From Utricularia gibba (lineage: Eukaryota > Plantae > Magnoliophyta): a stretch of DNA of 64,000 nt. Under the pieces are notes generated by a model that saw nothing but the letters and a program-made list of their open reading frames with translations, had not been told where the DNA came from and searched no databases. This document shows positions 52,655-64,000 of this stretch, piece after piece. Numbering within the stretch: position 1 is the first letter of the stretch; each line of letters starts with the position of its first letter. The DNA lies in NCBI GenBank assembly GCA_002189035.1, contig NEEC01000011.1:62001-126000 (forward strand), read 5' to 3'. Position numbers and translations under genes: made by a program.

Positions 52655-54272
52655 GCGATTTTTTTTTAGAACAATGATCTTCAACTTGAAGAACAACGTC
52701 ATGGACCCAGTTCAGTACTATTGTTCCAAGCTATGAACAATAGTAAATAAAAATAGAAACTTATTTTATTTCATTTTGTTTATTGAACACTTCACTTTTG
52801 TTACTGTTTCTCTTACAGTGGTTGTGATGACATTTTCAGTTTATCTTTCATGAAAAGACAGGGAAATATGCAATCTTTTTGCAATAAAATGAAAAGAAAG
52901 TTCATATGCAATCTACGTTGATAAACTAAGACTCATCGGATTGATGAATCCCTCCTATGCCAAGTTCTCTATGAGTAGCGTGTTCCAAATGTCATATTTG
53001 GGACATGCCTTGCATACTTTCCTCAAGTCATTAAAGACGAGAGGCTTATAATGGTTTTGTGTACGAGGGACCCAAGCATCCATTCAATATTCAACCCTTG
53101 CAATCGAGAATAAAATATTGATCAATACACAGTGATGATTTAAAATTAGTAAGTCAATGATACGTATCCAACAAAATATGATGTTCGGAGCATATGCAAA
53201 AAAGAGATATCTAACAAATGGAAAATTCTAAAGGTGTTGCATTCCAAAAGATTTTCCTCATCAAAAAATATTTATAAATTAAACAAGCAATCTACATCAC
53301 ATTTATAAAGAAAATAATATAGTAGTGACAAATCCAGCTCGATTCATAGGAAGCAAACGGTTTTCTCTTGCAAGTCTTATGTGTGAACGGGATTTAATAG
53401 TGGGTTTTTGTGAGGTAAGTGGGTTTCTATTCTAAGGAAAACAAGAAAATTTTTAAAATTGCTTGTATACTGAAAATAGGCATCGAAATGAGCAGATCAG
53501 CATTTTCGGAAATTTAAAATTGAACATTTCTCTGAATCCAAAATTAAACCATGCTTATAAAAAAACCTAAACACTATTAGGTCACCGTTCCAATTCATGC
53601 GTGAAAACAGTAAAGTAAATAATGAAGGGAGCATGGTGTGTTAATAAAAATATCCAAACAAGTTCACGTTCGAGCAAGAAATGTCACATGAACTAACAAC
53701 TTGTGAAAGTGAAAAAATAAAATGCAAAAAAGAAAAAGTTTGTTCAGGTCTCCAAGTTAGTTTGGTGTATCGATCATTTAATTCTTATCATGCAGGCTGA
53801 TTCTAAAGATAACTGGGAAGGTTACTAGTGTTCTATTGTCATTTTGAGCGATGGAGTTGGTTCTAGTGTCATTCTGAGCCTGCTTCCATCATCTTGTTCG
53901 CATAGATATATTGATATTCTGCAGGGTCTCAAGTACCAGAGGTAAGTTCCACTGTGACGCCTGATATGTATTAAAGTGAAAGTCCAATCCCATGGGCTGG
54001 CTCTACCAGCCCCAAAAAACATCAAGCTTGGGTCTATATATTAATGACCCAAAAGATTATCTGGTTTTATGGCCCAAAGCAATAAGCCCTTAAAGCCAAT
54101 TGGGTTTCGGGCATTAAAGTCCGATGGGCCTAGGCCCAATTATAATTATTTTAAATTTTATATAATTTAAATTCATTTTAATTTTGAATAAGGTCGGCCC
54201 AGCCCAACATTCATCTTTAACTCTAGAAGTGTACCTCATTCATTTTCTTCCCTGAACTCATTCTAACTCATT

Positions 54273-54338
54273 AGAAGATCCTCTTTTAGCATCGAAAATC
54301 TCCATTCTCTCTTTCTTGATGCTGGAAGAGGATCTTCT
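54273..54338 (+). ncRNA. Candidate miRNA-like stem-loop (26-bp stem, 14-nt loop)
   Basis: AGAAGATCCTCTTTTAGCATCGAAAA pairs with TTCTTGATGCTGGAAGAGGATCTTCT, giving 22 Watson-Crick pairs, 3 G:U pairs and 1 mismatch on the plus strand. No known miRNA family was recognised. Confidence 0.35.
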
Positions 54339-56387
54339 GTCACATGTAGATGTGTAGTTCCCCTCATTCTCGAAAGAGGATCTTCCATGTGCCTGCCTGC
54401 ATTGCATGCCTTGGGAGGCTTAGCTTCCCCTTGTTCCCTATTTCCCATCGAATAGTTGTATCACCTCACACATGTAGATGTGTAGTTCCCATTTTTATCT
54501 CTTGGACTAATAATTGCTACATAGAATGGTCATAATACGTGGTTCAGCCCAAATGGACTGCCCGTTCTGTGCCTGGATGAATAGAAAGTTCATTCCAACT
54601 TGCAAATTAATATAAATAGGTTCAAAACATGTTTTTATACAAAATAAATTCTCCAATACTAATTTTGACATTTTTTTCTATTCCAATTCATCTAATTCCA
54701 TATCCTAACACATTATCAATGCCTTATCATAACACAAATATGATCAACTTTGACACTATATTTATGTCTCATCATTAGCTCACAATTGCGCCTGTAAACT
54801 TCCAACATATAAATGCTAGAAAGCATATTCATAGATAGAATGCAACAGAATGCGTTATCGCCCTCTCATAGCATCTATACTTCATGGCAATTGCATTGCA
54901 ATATCACTTACATTTGCTACTATTAAAGAAGAATTTTTGAATAATTTTATTGTTTTTTAACCTTTTAGTTATACATGTGATGAAAGGGCGTTGTGTTTGA
55001 ATGAATTTGTAGATTACCTTTCATTATAGTATAAATTATTAGAACACCTTACTTTTGACTTAATATTATAAAATTCCATTACTTTTATGACTTTATTAGT
55101 AATTTACCTTACCTTTTTTATTTAATTTTAATTTTTTTATATACATTGTCAGAAACAAAATATGATTTACAGATTTTTAGATAAAATTAATAAAATAATT
55201 CAAATAATGTTTGTAAAATACATAAAACATTAATAAATAATTTATGTTATTATTTATTTAAATGTATAATACAAATTTGAAATATTTCAAATTTTAGTAA
55301 ATAGTTCAATACAAATTTAGTATATATTATAATATATTTTTATCATGCTTAATTAAAAATTTTCATATAACATAGTTGCTATTTTAAATCCTTTTAAAAA
55401 ACAACTGTATTTGTGGATAATGAAAAATTAATTATTAAAAAAGAATATTTTTTTATGAAATATCAATTTTTTATTCATTTTCCATATATCTTTAATCTCA
55501 AAACATAAAGAAGTTTTTTTATATATTTTTTGAAATTTATTATATTTTGAAATGTTAATGATCAGTTTGAGATTGGTCGGCTTTGATTTTGAACCAATCG
55601 ATTTCATCACACCGATAATTTATAAATCATGGTTCGATGCAAATTTGATTTTAGTTCGAAAGCAAAATCGTAAATTTTAAATCGAAATCTAAATCAAAAT
55701 CAAATTGCATGGTTTTCATTCGAATTGTGAAATTTTTAAAAAAAATTAATACTTAAGTAGAAATTGTAAATGATAAAATATAAATTATTTAGAATGATTT
55801 TTTTCTAGCCAAAATTGATACAAAGCAATAGGGAATATATGATTAATTACTCATTTGAATTTAATGGGCGTGGTTAACCCCAGTGCAATAGTTATTTGGT
55901 CATTTAACCATGTTAGTGTACACAGGCATGGTTTACAGACCAATGCCCTGTGCAATAAATTCATGGCAAATATCCATAATGGTGTGGGTGTATGCAATAA
56001 ATATATTTTGATAAATTATATTTTTTAAAATATTTGTAAGTATAAAATATTTACATTAACTAACGAACAACTATTATTTCTTCAAACATCTTTTAGTTTT
56101 ATTAAACAAAAAGTAAATAATTATTATTTATGTGCTTTATTATGTAATAAATAAATAAAATAAAAATTATTGATATACATAGACAAATGTGTTATTTTTT
56201 AAATAAAAGAAAATTTGCATTAAGTGTATAATAAAAATAATAAAAATGAACCCTATTCTGACACGGGTATTTTGCAAATTGATTTTCAAAATAGAGTATT
56301 TTGCAAAAAAAAAAAAAGGTAGTTGACAAAGGTATTATACCAACGCACCTCGTCATATTTGTCTATTTGTTGATCATGGTGTGGGAT

Positions 56388-56982
56388 TAGACCTGGGCAC
56401 AGGTCATGACTCGTCGAGTAACGAGTCTAACTCGTGAGTCATAGCCCTATTATGGATTCACGAGTTAATAGGTTGACGGGTTTTGACCTTCAACTCGTAT
56501 TGTACTTGAGTTGACTTGTTATCTGTCGACTCATTGAGCTAATCCGAGTATGTACTCATCAACTTGTATTTTATCTTATTTTTTATATATTTATTTTATT
56601 TTTCAGTTATTTTTTTTGTTGTGTAGTAATGTTTTTCTTTATATATGATCTATTTAATCATTAAATATTCAATTTCAAAAAATGTAATAAATTTTTCCAG
56701 TGTACTTTATGATATTTGAAATTGTCAGTATATAATATAGGTGAAGTTAATTAGTATCAAATTATAAATATTAAATGAGAAAAATATAAAAACTAAATTA
56801 AGAAATGAATAATTTGAACTATAAAGCATTTCTTTTTTCACGAGTTACCTGAGTAACTTGTCTAGTTAAAAATCACCGACTTGACTCGTACTTGTTTTAC
56901 ACGAGCACGAGTAACTCGTATCCATTTTATACAGGTCAACTCGCAACTAACTCGAGTTGACCTGTACCCATGCCCAGGTCTA
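56388..56982. mobile_element. hAT-type MITE / non-autonomous element, copy 1
   Basis: 12-bp TIR TAGACCTGGGCA / TGCCCAGGTCTA, with dense ACTCG/CGAGT subterminal motifs. The 8-mer TGTGGGAT abuts the left end and recurs 3 nt after the right end (probable TSD). Confidence 0.82.
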
Positions 56983-57689
56983 TACTGTGGGATGTTGTCT
57001 ACAATTAAGGAGATATCTGTTTTTAATGAGGTTATGATAGATTATAGATTTTGTTTGCAACATCTAAATTTCGATTTCATATTCAATTTTAGGTCGAAAC
57101 ACTTGACCAATTTACTTTAGGAAGTTGCATTGAATTCAAAACAAAAAGGTTTCAAATAACTCATTTTGTGCTACAAAAATTAAGCTTTATTGCCTATCTT
57201 TATGTTTTTGCGAATAGTACCATATTTGTGTTATTTCAATCTTAGTTGGAACTAAATCTTCTAATAGTTTTCTTTGAGCACTACAACAGCACATGTCATA
57301 ACACAAAATCCAAGGAGCCGTATATGAACAGTGTAGTGGCAGAGGATGAGGTAGAAGTCTGAAAAGAAATACACACAAAATCCAAGGAAGAGAAAAAGTG
57401 GGACTTTGGACAAAAAGGAGGACAAGATGGAGAGATAAAAAGATCTCCTCCATTGGAGACACACGACACATTCTTTCTGGAGAAGATTTTTGGGGGAAAG
57501 AAGGAGGAAGACAAATAGGAACGAAGCTGATGTTTGAAGACTATTTTCTATTTCCGAAGAATATTACTCTTAGTTAAGAGTAGCTAGCGACATTTTTCTA
57601 GCTTTCTGTTGAACTTTTAAATCCTCTGCTTGTTTATTTTCTGGTAGTTAACTATGAGAATGAGTGAATAAATACTTAGAGTGGATAAA

Positions 57690-58262
57690 TACCCGCGTTA
57701 GCCGCGAGTCGACCCATATGGAATGGGTACAAGTTACTCATACTCGTGAAAAACAAATACGAGTCGAGTCGGTGATTTTCGACTCGGCAAGTTACTCAGG
57801 TAACTCCTGAAAAAATAAATGATTTATAGTTTGAATTATTCATTTCTTAATTTAGGTTTTATATCCTTTCCATTTAATATTTATAATTTGATACTAACTA
57901 ACTTCACCTATATTATATACTGATAGTCTCAAATATCATAAAATACAAAGGAAAACTTTATTACATTTTTTGAAATCGAATATTCAATGATTAAATAGAT
58001 CATATATAAATAAAAACATTACTACACAACAAAAAAAGTAACTGAAAAAATAAAATAATTATATAAAAAATAAGATAAAATACAAGTTGACGAGTCCATA
58101 CTCGGGTCAACTCGAAGAGTCGATAGATAACGAGTCAACTCGAGTACGATACGAGTTGGGGGTCAAAACCCGTCAACCTGTTAACTCGTGAACCCATTAT
58201 AGGGCTATGACTCAACGAGTTAAACTCATTACTCAGCGAGTCACGACCCGTGCCCAGGTCTA
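57690..58262. mobile_element. hAT-type MITE, copy 2, inverted relative to copy 1, one end truncated
   Basis: Reverse complement of about 56388-56960, ending in TGCCCAGGTCTA at 58262. Confidence 0.82.
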
Positions 58263-58361
58263 ATCTAGGTAAATAATTCTTCTTCTTCCTCGCTAAACTT
58301 AGAAGTGATTGAGGAAACGAAATCATTTCCCTTGTATTTCTGAATCTTGTACACATGGACA

Positions 58362-59147
58362 TGATAAATGATTTTGTGTCGTTCCAAAACATATTCTTCC
58401 ACTACTTTTGAATGTTGTTTTTACTTATCTAAGACTCCATTTCTCATTATTTTCAATTGATTTTGCATCTTTCACACTACTTTGATCTTTTTGGAGAGAA
58501 AGTATATTTTGTGGATTTTTAGGATACTTTTGGATCAATTTGAGGAGAAATCAAGACCCACCAAATTATGGACTTGATGGGCCACGACTCTCAACCCAAG
58601 ACTCGGTCAAATGATGAAGATTTGGATAAAAGATTTGGATAGAAGATCTTATCCAAGCCCATCAAATAAGCTCAATATGAAGACTTGGATCTACTCTCCT
58701 ATAAATACCCCACCCTCTCAACTATTAGAGACGTGTTTGACCAATTTTACTTTGAATCTTTCCTATTTTCGTGTCTATTTTCATGTTTGAGTCGAGTCTG
58801 CGCGTGTAGGCGCTTGTAGCTGAGGATCTGTGGTGAAGCCTTGCTTGCGGAAATCCTGCGTGTGTGACTGTTTTACTATGTTTTTTGACATTTAATTTGA
58901 GTTTGATTTTTTTTTCGCAACGTTTTCTTTACCAATGTGATCTTTAGTACCATATAGCCCTAAGGGAGTGTGGGAGAATCAAAGGTTGGCCTCAAGCACC
59001 TAAGGAGAAGAGCCCAATCAGACATCGTTGGTAAGGCACATTTTTTGTCTAATCTGTCTGCGAGGTGTGAGGTGTAGGGGTTAGATTTGGATGTGGGGAA
59101 AACATGGGTTATTACAAGAGGTGAAATGGCTCTGGTGGCGTGGTTGA
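58362..59147 (+). mobile_element. 5' part of an Athila family-B-related LTR in plus orientation
   Basis: Starts TGATAAATG. The segment 58790-59147 is the reverse complement of about 60380-60760 (roughly 85-90% by eye). It is truncated at 59147. Confidence 0.75.
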
Positions 59148-61246
59148 AATCATCTTCTTGATTTGATCAAATAATTCATTATTCATCTGCTCTTGTCTTT
59201 CGACGAATTGGCTCATCATACCTCTAAAAGATGGGCATTGAGGTTGTCTCCAACTCTGATTTGGGTGCTGGTTGTTGTCAACCCGATTCCCATGACTTTC
59301 TCCTTGCGCAAGTTTACTGTCAGGCTTCATGAATTTCTCCTCTAACTCTTCATCTTCAGAATCACTTCCAGAATTGTTGTTCTTTGAATCTAATGATGAA
59401 TAAGATTGATACCTGGTGTGTCGCTGATTTATGATCCTTCAATCTTTTTCGTACCCAATTTTTTTATGATCCTTCAATCTTTTACAATAACTATGAGATT
59501 CATTCACAGTCCTCTCTCTGATGTAGTAATGATTTGTTGCTGGAAGTGTGATTTGTTTTTTCGGCCATGCTTGAACAAACATCAATTGATCCCTATCATA
59601 CTTGCGTGAAGGTGTCAAATCTAAATATGATATCAAATGATTTACTTGATGGTCATGTTATTTGTGCTCAAGAATACATCTCTCAACACGTGATTCTTCA
59701 GGATAATCTTCAAGATAAAACAAGTCGTCCATCTTTCGAGACCGCATCCTAGAATCTGCCACCCAAGGATAATATTGTTTTGCAGACCAATTTCTTGATC
59801 TAATTCGCCCATCAATTTTCTCGAATTCGAGATTAAAGGTTACATCTCGATCAAGTCTCCTCATATCTACACAAGCAAATGATGAACGAAAATCGAAAAC
59901 AAAAGATTTTTTTTTTCTTTACCTCTTTTTTTATATGGAGAACTAGTTGCTTGTGCAAGTGTGCAAATAGAGACTAACTACGAAAATAACAAAAAAATAA
60001 GAAATAACCTAGATCGAAATCAGAAAAGAAAATCCAAAAGAATACAATTCCCTGACAACGGTGCCAAAAACTTGATGGTGATTCTGCAAGTGAAAAGAAA
60101 CCGTCGAAGTAATAAAATAAGATCGTATCCACAGGGAATTATTATTGGAATTTTCTTTTCACACAAAGACTCAAAAAGACCGAAAACAAAAGAAAGATTT
60201 GGTTTTAAAAACAATAAAAAAAGTGGCATTGGATCGAAGATTCACCTTACTTGAAACTCGACCCTTGTTGTGTGCAAACCTTGAAGACTGACCTGATTGC
60301 GAAAGCTTTGGAGGTGTTATTCTAAAGTAGTGCTACTCGGTGACCGTTATAGCACCGTCCCTTGTTTTGTGGGATTATAGAATCAACCACGCCACCAAAG
60401 CCATTTCACCTCTTGTGATAATCCATGTTTTCCCCGCACTCAAATTTAACCCTTACACCTCACACCTCGCAGATAGATTAGACAGAATGTGTCTTACCAA
60501 CGATGTATGATTGAGTCCTTCTCCTTAGGTACTTGAGTCCAACCTTTGATTCTCTCACACTCCCTTAGGGATATATGGTACTAAAGATCACATTAGTAAA
60601 GAAAACGTTGCGAAAAACAAAATCAGACCTCAAATTAAATGTCAAAAAACATAGTAAGACAGTCACACGCACAGAACTTGCGCAAGCAAGGCTTCATAGC
60701 ATATCCTCAGCCGCAAGCGCTCACACGTGCATGCTTGACTCTAAATAAAAAAAGTTGATGAAAAACGAAAGAAAAGGAATCCAAAACATGCTAGACTCGA
60801 CTCTAAACCCTAAATTGACTTTCTGGTCGTTTCCTCTGACTCACTCCTTTGATCTTTAGATAATGGCGGGGACTTGTCGGGCTTTCTTGATGGGGCTCAC
60901 ATCAAATCTTCTGTCCGAATCAAGATTTGATACATATCTTACAAGTTAAGATCCAAGTTTTCTAAGATAAGATGCGAATCTTATCTTATCCGAAAATCTT
61001 TGATCGAGTTTCCATCCGGAGAGACCAAATCTTTGACTCCATCAAAGTCAACTCGAAAATCCTCCAAATTATGCCAAAATTATTCTAAAAAATCACAAAA
61101 CACACTTTCCCTCCAAAAAGATTAAAGTGATATGAAAGATATAAAATTCTTCTAAAAACATAAAGAAAGTGGGATAAAAAGAATATAAAACCCATTTAAG
61201 TGAATTTCAAAAAGCACAAATATAAGTGACATAAAATTACTTATCA
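59148..61246 (-). mobile_element. Athila element 5' end: LTR (60073-61246), tRNA-Asp PBS (60049-60066), degenerate leader/gag start
   Basis: The minus-strand PBS TGGCACCGTTGTCAGGGA is close to the canonical TGGCGCCGTTGCCGGGGA. Gag-like start MRRLDRDVTFNLEFEK. The LTR is closely similar to 44699-45738. Confidence 0.86.
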
Positions 61247-61249
61247 ATT

Positions 61250-61606
61250 GCCATTGCCATGAATCCAATTTTTTGCAAAAAAACCAAAGATGTGGAAATC
61301 AATCACCACTTTTTCAGAGAAAGAATTGAAGACACCGAGATCAATCTGCATTATATATGCAATGAGGAACAGCTAACAGATATATTGATCAAGTCATTGC
61401 CAAAGCCATGTTTTGAGTACCTGAAAGGCAAATTGCGGAAACATGGATTGGCTCATTTGAGGGGGCATGTTGAAATTAATACATAATGGTATTATTGTAA
61501 TTTAGTGGTATGTTTGTGTATAAATATACCAAATGTAATCCACACCTCTAGTTCTTGACGTCAGTGTGCTCTCTATATTTTGTGTTCAATCTTGGATTTA
61601 CTATCA
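61250..61606 (+). mobile_element. Ty1/copia RNase H C-terminus, PPT and short LTR start
   Basis: NPIFCKKTKDVEINHHFFRE..EEQLTDILIKSL..FEYLKGKL corresponds to copia NPVFH.RTKHIE..HF.RE..Q.AD.FTK.L. TGAGGGGGC PPT followed by TGTTGAA at 61468. The LTR end is uncertain. Confidence 0.75.
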
Positions 61607-62006
61607 CTTATCACTTCGTGTGAGGATGGTTTATCCGACACAACACAATCGCACACCATGACTCACCCTATGGTCCTACAATCCTATCCTTGCCAGACGT
61701 GTAGAAGGGATCCAGTTCCGAGCCCAACATCAACAGGAAGGTCCGGCTATCGCAGGTGCGTCGCGTCGGCGGCTCCCGGCGGAATGACGATGGAATCTAA
61801 GCAATCCAATGACTTAGGCGACGGTTGGCATTGGTTAGTGATCGTCACAGCGCGCACGCTAAGGCAAGTGATTACATGATATTAGTTAAAGAGAAGCAGT
61901 TAGGATGATTTCGGTTTTCTTTCTCCCCCTTCAGCTCTCTGGTTGGCTCCAAAATCACCGGTGCCTAGAAATGGTGATCTCGAGAACATGAGGTAGTGGT
62001 GCCGTG

Positions 62007-62230
62007 CTAACCGTAGACAGCACTGCAAGAGAGGGACATCAGGAGCAGCGCCGCGCGCTCCTTCTCCCAAAGTGAACCCGACAGCTTCCCAGATCTCGGT
62101 GAAACGACGTTGCTCTGCGGGGCAGTGAAGACGTTGCTCTCTTCTTTTTAGTGCAGCACCTCGCCGCCCCAATGCCCAGAAGCTGCCGCCGCTTCTTGTT
62201 ATACTTGATCCCGCAGGCATTACACAATGA
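62007..62230 (-). pseudogene. LLM-domain B-class GATA transcription factor, defective (half zinc finger, frameshift)
   Basis: After an AG acceptor it reads SLCNACGIKYNKKRRQLLG. A shifted frame gives EKERAALLLMSLSCSAVYG*, the LLM C-terminus. No CxxC-TTxTPLWRxGP exon was found upstream. Confidence 0.8.
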
Positions 62231-62407
62231 CTGGTGAAATAGAGTGCGCCAAATCAACAAAAAAAACGCGTGTTAGGGTACTGATTTGAGGTGACAGAGG
62301 ATGCGGAATGGATGGGAATTGGGCGATTACGCGGGGTTTGTTTTGCGGATAGGGAAGATGAGCGCGGCCGACGTGTAAAAATGTATGGTTTCTGCGCGCG
62401 GCGAAGG

Positions 62408-62415
62408 CTTTTATA
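62408..62415 (-). promoter_or_regulatory. Putative TATA box of the GATA locus
   Basis: TATAAAAG on the minus strand, upstream of a CT-rich leader-like segment and about 220 bp downstream of the importin-alpha stop codon. Confidence 0.45.
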
Positions 62416-62633
62416 CGCCCTCCTGTCCCCTTCTCCCGCCGTTACAAAGCCCTAGGGCTCGCATCTACCGCCTTCCATTTTGTATGTGGATTTTATCCCC
62501 CCACAGGCCACAGCCGCAGGCAAAGGCCATAAAACTAAGGGGGAGGTGATTATATTATGACAAGTTTGTAACCGAAGAATAGCAGTGCGCCACAGTAGTT
62601 GCAAGCTGGACACATGAAATCAAGACTCCGCCT

Positions 62634-63980
62634 TCAAGTGAACTTGAAGCCTCCCGAAGGAGGTGCAGTCTCAGCACCTCCGAACATGAAATTGGCTTTA
62701 GGATCCCCTGCCCCTGCTGCACCAATTTGCTCTTGCTCATCATCTTCTTCCAGCCAATATGTCTCCAGAATCTTCACTGCCTTCTCATAGATTTCGTTGT
62801 TGTCATGGCTCTGGAGATTCTCAATCTTCTCCAGACCCTCCGCCTCGTCGATCATCCGGGCAAATATGTTTACATCCCCACTTCTACCTTGGTTCTTTTC
62901 ACCCTCTCCGGTCTTGAGAATATTCTCTAGGCCTTCCAGGCAAACCGTCACTATTCTTGGGTCAGGGCAGACTAGAAGATCGCAGAGTGGCTTGATGCAT
63001 CCCTCACCAACCAGAAACCTGAGGAGTTGAGGGTGGATTCAGTTACACACCAACCGATTCAAAATCACAACAGAAGAGCTAGCGGTGGCTGTACTTTATT
63101 TGTTCGGGAGTTCCACCGGAAGTGGCATTTGAAATCGCCCAGGAGGCCTCCTTCTTTATCTCAAACTCGCCATGTTGAAGAAGGTGAATGAGGGGAGATA
63201 TTATACGAGACTCAATGACAGCCTGCACAAGTCATGTAACTTATCTGAAAAAAACACTAAGCAAATGCTTGCACTCTCCCATAGCAATGCAAAAGAAGCC
63301 ACTTGGAGCATATCTCAATTGTCCAGAGGTCCACAATATGGTGTCACAAAAAAAAAAAAAGGACCTGAATCTGATCCTTATTGCCAGCAGTGATATTTGA
63401 GATCGTCCAGCAAGCCTCTTTCTTGATGCTTTTCTTGAAATTTTGGGTCATCAAATTATACAAGCACGGCAGAGCCCCGTTATCAATTATAACCTACGGT
63501 TGTTAAAACAAATCAAGAGAGAAGTGAGGCTAAAATGGATCCTACAGCACTTGACAGAGGCTTCTATCATTGAATACAAGAAATAAAATAAAAGACCTCA
63601 AACATCAGCAAAGCTTAGAGTGCACAATCAACAAATTTGAGACTCCTACCTGGGTCTGGACATCATCACCGGTTACAATGTTACCCACAGTTCGCAGAGC
63701 AGGAATTAGGACAGCTGGAGAGGGGTGCCTGCAAACAAAATAGTGGTGGGTAAAAAAGAAATTTTAAGTATCTACAGGAAAAAATACGTCAGCAGCATCG
63801 TTAACTCAGTACATACATTAAGAGCTCCACCAGACGAGGGCATACGCCTGCCTCAATTACTGCTTGAATTTTATCATTAACACCATCAGAGAGATAAGAA
63901 AGGGCCCAGCATGCATCCGTTAGGACTTCTTCATCATTCGAAAGTATAAGTTGCGCAAGAGCTGGGAGTGCTGCTCTAAC
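62634..63980 (-). CDS. IMPA: Importin subunit alpha (3' five exons; gene continues beyond the window)
   Basis: Exons 63817-63980, 63650-63728, 63365-63493, 63095-63222 and 62634-63018 have GT-AG borders and consistent phases. ARM-repeat motifs [93 protein letters not shown]. Confidence 0.97.
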
Positions 63981-64000
63981 CTATTCAAGCATCAGCTGCA

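Noticed and set aside
61620-61880. GC-rich segment and ORF 61580..61879 as the missing GATA exon or a separate gene
   Set aside because: It is on the wrong side and strand for the GATA exon, lacks CxxC/TPLWR motifs, and has no recognisable domain.

Overview
Plant nuclear genomic window dominated by nested, mostly decayed transposable elements, with a few host genes. Host genes: an intact 9-exon TlyA/hemolysin-A-family S4 + FtsJ-type RNA methyltransferase (minus, 25638-27613), the 3' five exons of an importin-alpha gene (minus, 62634 to beyond the window end), and a defective LLM-domain B-GATA gene immediately downstream of it. TEs: a fragmented Athila gag-pol/env-like element with nested LTRs (1-13.6 kb), three Angela-type copia LTRs, a hAT transposase relic, a full-length Tat/Retand-type element with TSD, PBS and an antisense extra gene (31272-40762), a second truncated Tat element, several Athila LTRs, Tourist- and hAT-type MITEs, and a Pong-like PIF/Harbinger element whose ORF1 and transposase are now separated by a nucleobase-ascorbate transporter (NAT) gene fragment, a minisatellite and the Tat insertion. 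I found no clear evidence of a wholly new biological system. The best leads are the Pong-like element carrying NAT cargo, the apparently spliced antisense gene in the Tat element, a templated 20-bp filler at an RT deletion, a miRNA-like hairpin near 54.3 kb, and the GATA gene lacking half its zinc finger. All alignments, translations and identities were done by eye, so TE boundaries and percentages are approximate.
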